A DNA stretch of 64,000 bases from Candidatus Hydrogenedentota bacterium. GTDB taxonomy: Bacteria > Hydrogenedentota > Hydrogenedentia > Hydrogenedentales > SLHB01. The DNA lies in NCBI GenBank assembly GCA_963745075.1, contig CAVUWV010000014.1:160001-224000 (forward strand), written 5' to 3'. A program made the translations under genes and the position numbers. Shown here in pieces: positions 10,818-20,000 of the stretch (position 1 is its first letter; each line of letters opens with the position of its first letter). The notes below the pieces were generated by a model. That model was given only the letters and a program-made list of their open reading frames with translations, searched no databases and had not been told where the DNA came from.

Positions 10818-11702
10818 ATGAAGGTCACCGGTATACGTACAACTATCGCAATGCCAACGCTCCTTATCGCCACGTTGCTGGTGTCGGCCTGCGGACCCCG
10901 CGGTAGTCAAGGCGGGGCTGGTGGTTCAGATAACGCGATCACGATCAAGGGTTCCGACACCATGCTTCACCTCGTGACCGCCTGGGCCGATGGTTTTATG
11001 AAGAAACGCCCGGAAACGGCGGTATCCGTCACAGGCGGCGGTTCCGGGACTGGCATCGCGGCGCTATTGAACGGCACCACCAACATTTGTGCCTCCTCCC
11101 GCGATGTCAAGCCGGAAGAAAAGCAGATGGCGGAACAGAAGGGGATGCACCTCGTTATTACCCCCGTCGCGCGCGACGCGATTACCGTAGTTGTCAATTC
11201 CAAGAATCCTGTGAGCGAGTTGACACTTGAACAACTCAAGAAGATCTTTACCGGAGCCTACAAAACCTGGGACAAGGTCGGCGGGCCCGCCGAACCCATC
11301 GTTGTCCTTTCCCGCGAATCCAGTTCCGGCACGTACGCGTTTTTTCTCGAACATGTGTTGAAAAAGGAAGATTACACCCAGGATGCCCTGTTACTCCCAG
11401 CCACATCCGCCGTGATTCAGAGTGTGACCGATTCACCCTGGGCCATCGGCTACGTTGGTCTCGGTTATGCAGAAGACGCGGGCGACGCGGTCAAGATGAT
11501 TTCCGTGAAGACCGATGATGCTTCGCCTGCCGTCGCGCCGTCTACCGAGTCGGTGCTCTCCGGGGAATACTCGATCGCGCGTCCACTGAATCTGGTGACC
11601 GGCAGCGAGCCGATGGGGACGATCAAGGACTTTATTGATTACAGCCTGTCCCCGGACGGGCAGACGATCGTGGCCGACACGGGGTACGTAAAGGTCAAGT
11701 GA
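10818..11702 (+). CDS. pstS: Phosphate ABC transporter substrate-binding lipoprotein
   Basis: Lipobox LVSAC; KGSDT, GGGSGTG, SRESSSGTY. Confidence 0.93.
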   Translation: MKVTGIRTTIAMPTLLIATLLVSACGPRGSQGGAGGSDNAITIKGSDTMLHLVTAWADGFMKKRPETAVSVTGGGSGTGIAALLNGTTNICASSRDVKPEEKQMAEQKGMHLVITPVARDAITVVVNSKNPVSELTLEQLKKIFTGAYKTWDKVGGPAEPIVVLSRESSSGTYAFFLEHVLKKEDYTQDALLLPATSAVIQSVTDSPWAIGYVGLGYAEDAGDAVKMISVKTDDASPAVAPSTESVLSGEYSIARPLNLVTGSEPMGTIKDFIDYSLSPDGQTIVADTGYVKVK

Positions 11703-12578
11703 GTGGTGCTGCGAGACTGGAAAGAACGGATTATCGGGCGTATTCTGCTGGCCTGCGCCTCGACGAGTATTCTCATCGTGGTGCTGATCTTCCTTTTCCT
11801 CTTCCGCGAGGCGGCTTCCTTCGTGCGCGATCCGGGGTTGAGCGCGTTACTGGCAACGAAATGGGTTCCCGCCTCGTTCCAGGATGTCTCTTTCGGATTG
11901 CTGCCCTTGGTGACCGGTTCCTTACTGGTCACATCGATCGCTACCGTCCTGGCCATTCCATTCGGCGTGTGCGGCGCCGTCTACATCGCGGAGATCGCCG
12001 GACCTCGTGAACGCGAAGTCCTCAAGCCTTTTATCGAACTCGTCGCGGGAATCCCATCCGTTGTACTCGGTTTCTTCGGGCTGGTCGTCGTTGCCCCGTC
12101 GGTCAAGACGGTCTTCGGTCTCGACAGCGGGCTAACCGCATTGACCGGCGGGCTGCTCTTGGCGCTGATGGCCGTGCCCACGATCATCACCATTTCCGAA
12201 GACGCTATTCGCAGCGTTCCCCGCGCCTACAAGGAGGCATCCCTGGCGCTCGGGGCCAACCGGGTCCAAACCATTTTCAAAGTGGTCGTGCCGGCCGCAC
12301 TGTCGGGGATCATCGCCAGCATCATGTTGGGCATGGGCCGCGTCATCGGCGAGACGATGGCCGTGATCATGGTCACCGGCAACGCGGCCAAGGTCACCTT
12401 GTCGCCATTCTCATCCGTGCGAACTATGACCGCCACCATCGCCGCGGAGATGGGGGAGGTCGTCTTCGGCAGTCCGCACTATGCTGCACTTTTTTGGGTC
12501 GGCATTGTCCTTCTGGTCGCGACGTTCATTCTCAACGTCATCGCCATGCGCGTGTTGAAGAAGTATCAGAGGGCCTGA
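11703..12578 (+). CDS. pstC: Phosphate ABC transporter permease
   Basis: [26 protein letters not shown]. Confidence 0.93.
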   Translation: MVLRDWKERIIGRILLACASTSILIVVLIFLFLFREAASFVRDPGLSALLATKWVPASFQDVSFGLLPLVTGSLLVTSIATVLAIPFGVCGAVYIAEIAGPREREVLKPFIELVAGIPSVVLGFFGLVVVAPSVKTVFGLDSGLTALTGGLLLALMAVPTIITISEDAIRSVPRAYKEASLALGANRVQTIFKVVVPAALSGIIASIMLGMGRVIGETMAVIMVTGNAAKVTLSPFSSVRTMTATIAAEMGEVVFGSPHYAALFWVGIVLLVATFILNVIAMRVLKKYQRA

Positions 12579-13426
12579 TGACGACGTCGCCGTCCGAAAG
12601 AATGGTGATCTGGATCGTGCGGGCAATCACCTATTTCATGGTGCTCGTCGTGGGGTATATCCTGCTCGATATCATCATAAAGGGCATGGGCGTCGTGAAT
12701 TGGACCTTCCTCACGACGGCTCCCACGGTGGATGGGCGCGGCGGCGTGTTTCCCGCGCTGATCGGAACCTTATGTCTGGTCACGGGAACGATCGCCGTGG
12801 CGCTTCCGCTCGGGATGGCCAGCGCAATCTATCTGACGGAGTACGCTCGCCAGGGACGATTCACCGGAATGATACGCCTCGCCATCGTTACCCTGGCCGG
12901 CGTGCCGTCGATTGTGTTCGGCTTGTTCGGCCTTGGCCTCTTCGTTCTATTCCTTAATTTCGGCACCAGCATCATCGCGGGAAGTCTCACTTTGGCGTGC
13001 ATGATTCTTCCCACCATCATTGTATCCAGCGAGGAAGCCCTCCGGGCCGTCCCGCAGGCATTGCGCGAAGCCAGTCTCGCGCTGGGAGCGACAAAATGGG
13101 AAACGATCCGCAAGAACGTGCTACCGTACGCCATTCCCGGGATGCTCACGGGGAGTATACTTGGAGTCGGTCGCGCGGCAGGCGAGACGGCGCCGATTCT
13201 GTTGACGGTCGCGGCGTTCTATCTGCCCCGGCTGCCGCACTCCATATTCGACCAGGTAATGGCACTTCCATATCACCTGTACGTCCTGTCGACCCAGTAC
13301 ACGGACCCGAAAGTCGTCCGCCCCACGCAATACGGAACGGCGCTCGTACTGCTGATGCTGGTCCTGGGACTGAACATAGGCGCGATCGCACTTCGGATAC
13401 ATTTCAGAAAGCGGTACCGATGGTAG
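12578..13426 (+). CDS. pstA: Phosphate ABC transporter permease
   Basis: [27 protein letters not shown] coupling with pstC. Confidence 0.93.
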   Translation: MTTSPSERMVIWIVRAITYFMVLVVGYILLDIIIKGMGVVNWTFLTTAPTVDGRGGVFPALIGTLCLVTGTIAVALPLGMASAIYLTEYARQGRFTGMIRLAIVTLAGVPSIVFGLFGLGLFVLFLNFGTSIIAGSLTLACMILPTIIVSSEEALRAVPQALREASLALGATKWETIRKNVLPYAIPGMLTGSILGVGRAAGETAPILLTVAAFYLPRLPHSIFDQVMALPYHLYVLSTQYTDPKVVRPTQYGTALVLLMLVLGLNIGAIALRIHFRKRYRW

Positions 13427-14214
13427 AAGCAGGCACAGCATACGTCAGCGCGAAACAACTCAAACCCAAGGTTTCCGTCACCGGCCTGAATTTCTACTAC
13501 GGCCCGACGCAGGCACTTTTCGACATCACCATGGACATCCCCGATCGTCAGGTTACCGCCCTGATTGGCCCGTCCGGCTGTGGGAAATCGACTTTCCTGC
13601 GTACGCTGAACCGGATGAACGAAATCATCGGGGACACGCGTCTCGAGGGCAAGGTCACGATAGACGGACAGGACATCTACCGCAACGGGATGGATGTCGT
13701 TTCCCTCCGCAAACGGGTCGGCATGGTCTTTCAGAAGTCGAACCCCTTTCCCAAATCAATCTTCGAGAACGTCGTCTACGGCCCCCGGATTCACGGCGTG
13801 AGAGACCGGTCCGAACTGGCGAGAATTGCCGAGCAGAGTCTCATTCGCGCGGGCCTTTGGGAGGAAGTCAAGGATCGCCTCACCAAGAGCGCCATGGACC
13901 TCTCGGGCGGCCAGCAACAACGGCTCTGCATTGCCCGGGCGTTGGCTGTCGACCCGGAGATTCTGCTGATGGATGAGCCGGCCTCCGCCCTCGACCCCAA
14001 AGCAACGGCTCGAATCGAGGACTTGATTGGTGAGTTGCGCGACGAGTACACAATCGTTATCGTGACGCACAACATGCAGCAGGCGGCCCGCGTCTCCGAT
14101 CGCACCGCGTTCTTTTTTGAAGGCAGTTTGATCGAGTTCGGCGAAACCCAGGTGATGTTCACCAATCCCGCTGAACACAAGACCGAAGAGTACATTACGG
14201 GCCGCTTCGGTTGA
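13420..14214 (+). CDS. pstB: Phosphate ABC transporter ATP-binding protein
   Basis: [30 protein letters not shown]. Confidence 0.95.
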   Translation: MVEAGTAYVSAKQLKPKVSVTGLNFYYGPTQALFDITMDIPDRQVTALIGPSGCGKSTFLRTLNRMNEIIGDTRLEGKVTIDGQDIYRNGMDVVSLRKRVGMVFQKSNPFPKSIFENVVYGPRIHGVRDRSELARIAEQSLIRAGLWEEVKDRLTKSAMDLSGGQQQRLCIARALAVDPEILLMDEPASALDPKATARIEDLIGELRDEYTIVIVTHNMQQAARVSDRTAFFFEGSLIEFGETQVMFTNPAEHKTEEYITGRFG

Positions 14215-14230
14215 GAGGCGGGAACGTCTA

Positions 14231-14938
14231 TTGTCCATCCACATGCAGCGCGAAACCCAACGCCTGAAGAAGAATATCCTGTCTCTCAGCGCCATGGTCG
14301 AGCAGAGCGTGGCGAAGGCCGTCCGCGCCCTACGCGAACGCGACCAGGAACTCGCCCGCCAAGTCATCGCGGCGGACATCGAAATCGACGAGCTTGAGGT
14401 CGACATCGAAGAGGAATGTCAGAAGATCCTGGCGCTCCATCAACCCGTTGCGCATGACTTACGCTACATCATCGCGGTGCTCAAGATTAACGCCGAATTG
14501 GAGCGCATTGGCGATGCAAGTGTGAACATCGCCGAACGGGCCGTCGTCCTCAGCGAAACCGCTCGCGTCGATATTCCGTTCAACTTCACCGGGATGGCGG
14601 AAAAGGCTAGGGCCATGCTTCAGCACAGCATCGACGCCCTCGTCAATCAGGATCCGCAATTGGCCTACACGGTCATCGCTGCCGATGACGAAATCGACGC
14701 CATCAACCGGGAAATGTACGACCAGGTCAAAGACGGGATACGCAACCATCCGGACCAACTGGAAGCGTTGATTCACCTCCTAAGTGTGTCCCGCCACCTG
14801 GAACGGATCGGCGATCACGCCTCCAACATCGCCGAAGATGTCATCTATCTGACCAAGGGCGACATCGTCCGCCACAAGACGGAAGAGTACTTGTCGAAGG
14901 TTCAGGAGCCTGAGAACGAAGACGCACCGTCTGCGTGA
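14231..14938 (+). CDS. phoU: Phosphate signalling complex protein
   Basis: Two PhoU repeats with LERIGD; QPVAHDLR. Confidence 0.95.
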   Translation: MSIHMQRETQRLKKNILSLSAMVEQSVAKAVRALRERDQELARQVIAADIEIDELEVDIEEECQKILALHQPVAHDLRYIIAVLKINAELERIGDASVNIAERAVVLSETARVDIPFNFTGMAEKARAMLQHSIDALVNQDPQLAYTVIAADDEIDAINREMYDQVKDGIRNHPDQLEALIHLLSVSRHLERIGDHASNIAEDVIYLTKGDIVRHKTEEYLSKVQEPENEDAPSA

Positions 14939-14946
14939 CCCTCGCG

Positions 14947-16191
14947 TTAACCGGCGATGATCGAAACGCCTTTGTAGATCACCATACACAGAATCGCCAC
15001 AAAGGGAACTGTGATCAGCCACGACGCGAACACCGATTTAAGCGTTCGCGTGTCCACCGCCGTCAACCCGCGAGCGAGTCCCACGCCGATGATCGCGCCG
15101 ACGAGCGTGTGCGTCGTCGAGATCGGGAGCCCCATGCGCGAGCAAGCCAGCACCGTCATTGTTGCGCCGATATCCGCCGCCACGCCACGCGACGGCGTAA
15201 TCTCCGTAATCTTGGTGCCGATGGTTCGCATGACGCGGTACCCGTACGTCGCCAACCCCGTAACAATCCCCGCGCCACCCAGCGCAAGGACCCACGGCGA
15301 CACACCGACTTTCAGTGCGACCGTGTTGGTCCGTACAATATCGACCACGCCCGCCAGGGGGCCCACGGCGTTGGCCACGTCATTCGCGCCGTGCGCGAAC
15401 GCGACGGAACAGGATGTAATGACGACCAGAATGGCGAATACACCCTCGACTTTCCGGAGCTGAATCCCGATGTCCGCTTCGCTGTTTCCGTGCCATACTC
15501 GGCGCACGGCGTAGTACGAAACCACGGCTGCCACCAAGCCGATGACGGCGCTGACAGCGCTGGCTTGAATCACGTTCAGGTTGAGGCTCAGGTTGGATAG
15601 ACCCTTGTAAATCGTTGACAACGACACAATCCAGAACGTCGCGAACACACATAGGGGCACGCCGTTCAGCGCGGCCTTGAGCGGTTGCGGGCGGGCCAGA
15701 ATGAACGTTGATATCAAACGAAATATCACGTATCCCAGGACCCCCCCGACAACCGGTGAAATGAACCAACTGGCGACGATTCGGACCAGGGTCCCCCAGT
15801 GAATTTCCCCGACGCCCGCCTCGAGAATCCCAAACCCCGTGATTGCTCCGACAATGCTATGGGTGGTCGAGACCGGCATTCCCCAAAACGACGCCACGTG
15901 GAGCCACACGGCAGCCGCCACGAGCGCGCATACGAGCCCCAATGCCAGCGTCTTTGGTTCGCCCACAAAAACCGTGGTGTCGATGATTCCTTTACGAATC
16001 GTGTCGGTGACGTGGCTGCCAACCAGGAAGGCCCCCGCAAACTCGCAGATCGACGCGAGGATCACCGCCCCCGCGATGCCGACGGCGCCCGATCCGACGG
16101 CATCCGCCATCGAGTTCGCGACGTTGTTCGCCCCTATCGTCCAAGCCATGTAGAATCCAAATATAATGGCCGCTATTAACAGGATTTCCAT
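14947..16191 (-). CDS. pit: Inorganic phosphate transporter, PiT family
   Basis: GANNVANS and HGANDVANA signatures, PVSTTH/PISTTH. Confidence 0.93.
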   Translation of the reverse strand: MEILLIAAIIFGFYMAWTIGANNVANSMADAVGSGAVGIAGAVILASICEFAGAFLVGSHVTDTIRKGIIDTTVFVGEPKTLALGLVCALVAAAVWLHVASFWGMPVSTTHSIVGAITGFGILEAGVGEIHWGTLVRIVASWFISPVVGGVLGYVIFRLISTFILARPQPLKAALNGVPLCVFATFWIVSLSTIYKGLSNLSLNLNVIQASAVSAVIGLVAAVVSYYAVRRVWHGNSEADIGIQLRKVEGVFAILVVITSCSVAFAHGANDVANAVGPLAGVVDIVRTNTVALKVGVSPWVLALGGAGIVTGLATYGYRVMRTIGTKITEITPSRGVAADIGATMTVLACSRMGLPISTTHTLVGAIIGVGLARGLTAVDTRTLKSVFASWLITVPFVAILCMVIYKGVSIIAG

Positions 16192-16225
16192 GAGGAACCC
16201 ACCTACTCCTTCCGCACGAGGAACG

Positions 16226-16903
16226 CTACTTGCGACTTCCGATGATTTGACGAAGATACTTGGCGGTCTTCTCTGCACTGTTCGCAATGGAACTCAGCGT
16301 ATGACAGTACTTGTCGAGGAACATCAAAGTGATTGGATCGATTTCACCCTCCATGTCGTACGCGCGCGTCGAGAATACCCGCTGTAACTTGTCCGCTTTC
16401 CACTCCTCCTGGCCGATTTCTTCGATGTTCTCGAAGAATTTCTTCGCTTCTTGGCCCACAAACGCGGATTCCGCCAGGACCGAAAGCTCTTCGCAAAGAT
16501 TGAGCAAGTGTTCGCTGACTCGGACGACCTGCTCGACAAAGGCTAGAAAGTCCTCTTGCAGCGCTTCCGGCATGCGGGTTCTTCGGATGCGCAACACCAC
16601 GGCGAAGTCCTCCGCCGCGTCCGCTACGTTGTCCTGGTAGGTGAGGAACTTCAGGAACTCGTAGCGGCCGACCGAGAGCATGTATACGGAGGACATGGCC
16701 TCGCGAACGTTCGCTTTGATCTGGTCCGCTTCGTACTCCGTTTGTGACATCTCGTGGTGCAGTTTCTTGATGCCTTCATAGTCTTCCTTGAGCAGTGCCT
16801 CCGCCAGAGGGCGTAACAACAGCACGCACGAGTGGACTTTCCGCGTGTGTTCCAAGACCAGGCTGAATGGAGAGCGACCGAAAAATCGCTGAATCATGCC
16901 CAT
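16226..16903 (-). CDS. DUF47 / TIGR00153 Pit accessory (PhoU-like) protein
   Basis: FGRSPF, EYEAD..K, QDNVAD.AED; directly upstream of pit; AAGGAGG RBS. Confidence 0.88.
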   Translation of the reverse strand: MGMIQRFFGRSPFSLVLEHTRKVHSCVLLLRPLAEALLKEDYEGIKKLHHEMSQTEYEADQIKANVREAMSSVYMLSVGRYEFLKFLTYQDNVADAAEDFAVVLRIRRTRMPEALQEDFLAFVEQVVRVSEHLLNLCEELSVLAESAFVGQEAKKFFENIEEIGQEEWKADKLQRVFSTRAYDMEGEIDPITLMFLDKYCHTLSSIANSAEKTAKYLRQIIGSRK

Positions 16904-17232
16904 CGGGATTTCCTCCTTGAAATCTCTGCCCGGCACCCAAAAAGGGCCCCCAAAGTGGTGTCAGAGATTGGTTTTGAATGCCCCCTGCCGGCAGTGAATA
17001 TCGGATTGCTGGCCCCGGCATACCGCAAGGCAAGTGACCCGTGAGAAGCATACCGAATCGCACGGATCTTCGCAAACCATTTGCTCGCAGATTTCGTATT
17101 CGTGAGGCCGGCTACCGTGAACTCCCCCGCAGGTCTCACCGTCCAATCAATTCGTCTGTTGAATTGGCACCCCAAGTTGCGGTGAGAAATGCCCCCGAGA
17201 AAAATTGCGCGTACACGGCTGAGAATTCCGGG

Positions 17233-18438
17233 CTACGATCCGTTTGCGCCGCTGGGGATGATGGGGAGTCCGCCCGGCGGAACCCCGGGGATAGGCGTTC
17301 GCTCCTGGATCGGCACGAGGGGCGGTGCGGGTGCCGTTACCTCTTGCGTTTGATTGCCGAAGGTGTCGTCGTACCATTCCAGCCAGCGCTCGCGCTGCAA
17401 TCCGTGCGGCATACCGGTAATCACTTCCAAGGCTTCGATCGCGGGCTGTACGAATCCGGAACGCGCCCGTACCAGCCCGATGAGAAAGTGGACAGTCGAC
17501 ACGTCCCCCGCCAGGCCCAAATCGCGAATCACCTCGCGTTTCACCCGGCGATCCGGATCTCCGTTGGGCGATGCGGCGTCGGTCAATAATCCCAGGGCTT
17601 CCGGTCCTCCGATGCGGGCGATGGCATAGTACGCGGGAACTCGAACGTTCGGATCGGTATGCCGGACCATGTTTATCAGGGTCGGCAACGCACCCGGATC
17701 GTCGATCGCGGCAATCGCGTTCGCGGCGTACACCGACAACACGGGGTCATCCCCCCAAACCTTTTCCGCCAGAGGTTCCACGGCCCGCCGGCTGCCGATT
17801 CGGCCAAGACCGTAAGCGACCGCTACCCGTTCGTCGCGGGTGGTGTCCGGCGCGTCCAGCATTTGTAGCATTCCGGGCTCGAGCACCGACCGCAATGACG
17901 GCAGCACGTCATTGACCGCTGCAACGACCGGTGCTTGCCCCCAAGCCAGGACCGCCGTTACTGCATCTGTCACGGCCTTCGGATCCACGTGGTAGAGCGT
18001 TTCCAGTGCACGCTCCCGAACCTCCTCGTTCGGGTCCGCGAGACTGGCGATCGCGAATGGCACGAATTCCGCATTTCCAGAACCAGCCAGACCTTCCAAT
18101 GCGCGCATTCGAGATTGCGGATCGTCGGACAGCGCCATCGCTGCGAGGGGACTTTGCGCCATTTCCCGGGATAACGTCAATGGACGCCAGAGGAGCCGAT
18201 CGCGCCGACGCGCGGCCTGTGCCATGTCATCGTTGTCGGTGTTTTCGGACGGCGGCGCCTCGTTGACGTGCGGCGCAGCGGCGATCTCATCTCCCCACGC
18301 CGGGGCAATGACAAATGGAATCCATTTGATTCCCATGACACCCGCCAGCGAAAGCGCACAAGTGATAATAAGAAGTCGGACACTGAACACTTCTGTCTCC
18401 TCGCCAAAACCGTACTTCGTTGGAAGGATTCTCCTCAA
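17233..18438 (-). CDS. HEAT-repeat protein with N-terminal hydrophobic segment (start uncertain)
   Basis: Repeated DP...VR..A..ALG motifs; W.EWY tail. Confidence 0.75.
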   Translation of the reverse strand: MRRILPTKYGFGEETEVFSVRLLIITCALSLAGVMGIKWIPFVIAPAWGDEIAAAPHVNEAPPSENTDNDDMAQAARRRDRLLWRPLTLSREMAQSPLAAMALSDDPQSRMRALEGLAGSGNAEFVPFAIASLADPNEEVRERALETLYHVDPKAVTDAVTAVLAWGQAPVVAAVNDVLPSLRSVLEPGMLQMLDAPDTTRDERVAVAYGLGRIGSRRAVEPLAEKVWGDDPVLSVYAANAIAAIDDPGALPTLINMVRHTDPNVRVPAYYAIARIGGPEALGLLTDAASPNGDPDRRVKREVIRDLGLAGDVSTVHFLIGLVRARSGFVQPAIEALEVITGMPHGLQRERWLEWYDDTFGNQTQEVTAPAPPLVPIQERTPIPGVPPGGLPIIPSGANGS

Positions 18439-18497
18439 ATACTCCGAGGCAAGTCAATGTCGTTTTCCATTTTTCCCGAGGGCCGGAATAAACCATA

Positions 18498-18513
18498 TGG
18501 CGGGTATGTTGCT
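18498..18513 (+). promoter_or_regulatory. Sigma54 (-24/-12) promoter
   Basis: TGGC-GGGTATG-TTGCT: GG/GC spacing matches TGGCACG-N4-TTGCW; predicted +1 near 18524. Confidence 0.6.
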
Positions 18514-18523
18514 TTCAACGTCT

Positions 18524-18642
18524 ACAAGGGGGAGTCCTTCCCCCAGGCTGCCCCTTGCAGGCGCAGTCAGAAATGACTGGTTCCCACCATCGGCGAGTGC
18601 GTCATGGCAGTTCCCCCGCTGCCCGCACTCGCCTCTTTTTTT
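18524..18642 (+). ncRNA. Candidate ~120-nt small RNA with three hairpins and C-rich loops
   Basis: SL1 18525-18557 (loop CUUCCCCCA), SL2 CAGUCA-GAAA-UGACUG, SL3 18592-18633 (loop UUCCCCCG) followed by U-tract; begins at predicted sigma54 +1. Confidence 0.65.
18592..18642 (+). terminator. Rho-independent terminator of candidate sRNA
   Basis: GGCGAGTGCG...CGCACTCGCC 10-bp stem then TCTTTTTTT. Confidence 0.75.
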
Positions 18643-18727
18643 ATCTGCCGTGGGATTATTCCCGAAAATTCGCTTATTTCCATTTGGAGAGGTGTAAATT
18701 GCTGGAATATAATCGCTTAGGCAGGTA

Positions 18728-18756
18728 TTGACTTTCTAGTTTCAAATGATTATACT
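18728..18756 (+). promoter_or_regulatory. Sigma70 promoter
   Basis: TTGACT-N17-TATACT in AT-rich context. Confidence 0.75.
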
Positions 18757-18935
18757 TACGCGACGAGCGGCTGATGCCCACTCGCATGAACACACCGTCT
18801 TATCGGGCACGATACCTCGCACCACCGGGGCATAATTTCTCGCCAAGCCGCCCATAACGGGGTCGGCACAGGTCCTGACAGTGGTGTCGATTGGTTAAAT
18901 GCAGTGGAAGGGCGTGCCCCTACTAGGAGATTGTA

Positions 18936-19913
18936 ATGGCTCTACGATTGTCTACCGCACTTGATGTGTTTTCGGGATCGCCGGACCGGTATTGTCCGCA
19001 AGGCTACCGGGATCCGCTGCGTATCCAAGAGCGCCTGTCGATTGCGTCTAAGATCAAGGGAATTAAGGCTGTAGAGATTGCGCAGAGCGACATCTCGCCG
19101 GAGTTTCCGGTCAAAGAGCTTAAGCGGTTGCTCAAAGATCAGTCCTTGGCCTGTTCCGGCGTGTCGGCCAATCTGGCCCAAGATCGCAGATATGCGCTGG
19201 GTGCCTTTGGTCACCAACACCCGAAAACCCGGAATGCTGCGATCGACGAAGGCCGGAAGGCCGTGGATATTGCTCGCCAGGTCGGAGCCACCGAAATCAC
19301 CCTCAAGCTGTTCAGCGACGGGTTCGACTACCCATTCCACATCGACTACACAACCCATTGGAATACACTGATTTCGTCGATCAAGACCATTGCGAAATAC
19401 GCTTCACCGGACATTAACGTCGCCATCGCATACAAGTGCCGCGAGCCGCGCAAATTCCTTACGGTTGCCACCGTTGGGAAAGCGCTCTCGCTTTGCCAGG
19501 AAATCGCGATGAAGAACGTTGGCGTGGCGCTGAACTTCTCCCATGCCATGATGGCCGGTGAGAATCCTGCCGAGTCCATTGCGTTCTTGACCCGATCCAA
19601 CAAGCTCTTTCAGGTGTATTTCAGCGATAATTATCGGCTGTGGGACGATATGATGCTACCCGGAAGCGTGCACACGTGGGAACTCATGGAGGCCCTGTTC
19701 TACCTCCGATCGAGCAAATTCAAGGGCTATTGCACCATCGACATGATGCCGCAGCGCATCGATCCCGCGCAGGCCTGTCAGATCGCCATCGGCAACTTGT
19801 CCATCTTTTGGAAGAAACTGGACAAACTGGACAATACGGAGCTTCGCAAAGCGCAAAAGACGCTCGACGCCGTCGAAAGCCAGAAGATTATCCGCCGCGT
19901 CATGCTTCAGTAA
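18936..19913 (+). CDS. Xylose-isomerase-like TIM-barrel protein with degenerate active site
   Basis: DGFDYPF, YK.REPR, HAMMAGENPAES, DNYR.WDD motifs; AGGAGA RBS. Confidence 0.85.
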   Translation: MALRLSTALDVFSGSPDRYCPQGYRDPLRIQERLSIASKIKGIKAVEIAQSDISPEFPVKELKRLLKDQSLACSGVSANLAQDRRYALGAFGHQHPKTRNAAIDEGRKAVDIARQVGATEITLKLFSDGFDYPFHIDYTTHWNTLISSIKTIAKYASPDINVAIAYKCREPRKFLTVATVGKALSLCQEIAMKNVGVALNFSHAMMAGENPAESIAFLTRSNKLFQVYFSDNYRLWDDMMLPGSVHTWELMEALFYLRSSKFKGYCTIDMMPQRIDPAQACQIAIGNLSIFWKKLDKLDNTELRKAQKTLDAVESQKIIRRVMLQ

Positions 19914-19944
19914 TGATTTCTTTGCTCAACGAAACATCGTACGC

Positions 19945-19987
19945 ACACCGGGATTGGCAGTTCGACGCTATCCCGGTGTTTTCTTTT
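19945..19987 (+). terminator. Rho-independent terminator
   Basis: ACACCGGGAT...ATCCCGGTGT stem followed by TTTCTTTT. Confidence 0.7.
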
Positions 19988-20000
19988 CCGGAGAAGTCCG

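Noticed and set aside
18224..18697. ORFs 18224-18697 and 18268-18576 across the sRNA region
   Set aside because: Antisense to the HEAT gene, no RBS, atypical composition; the longer one runs through a terminator
18763..18935. Fluoride or other known riboswitch (GCUGAUG seen)
   Set aside because: The remaining consensus elements are absent or out of order
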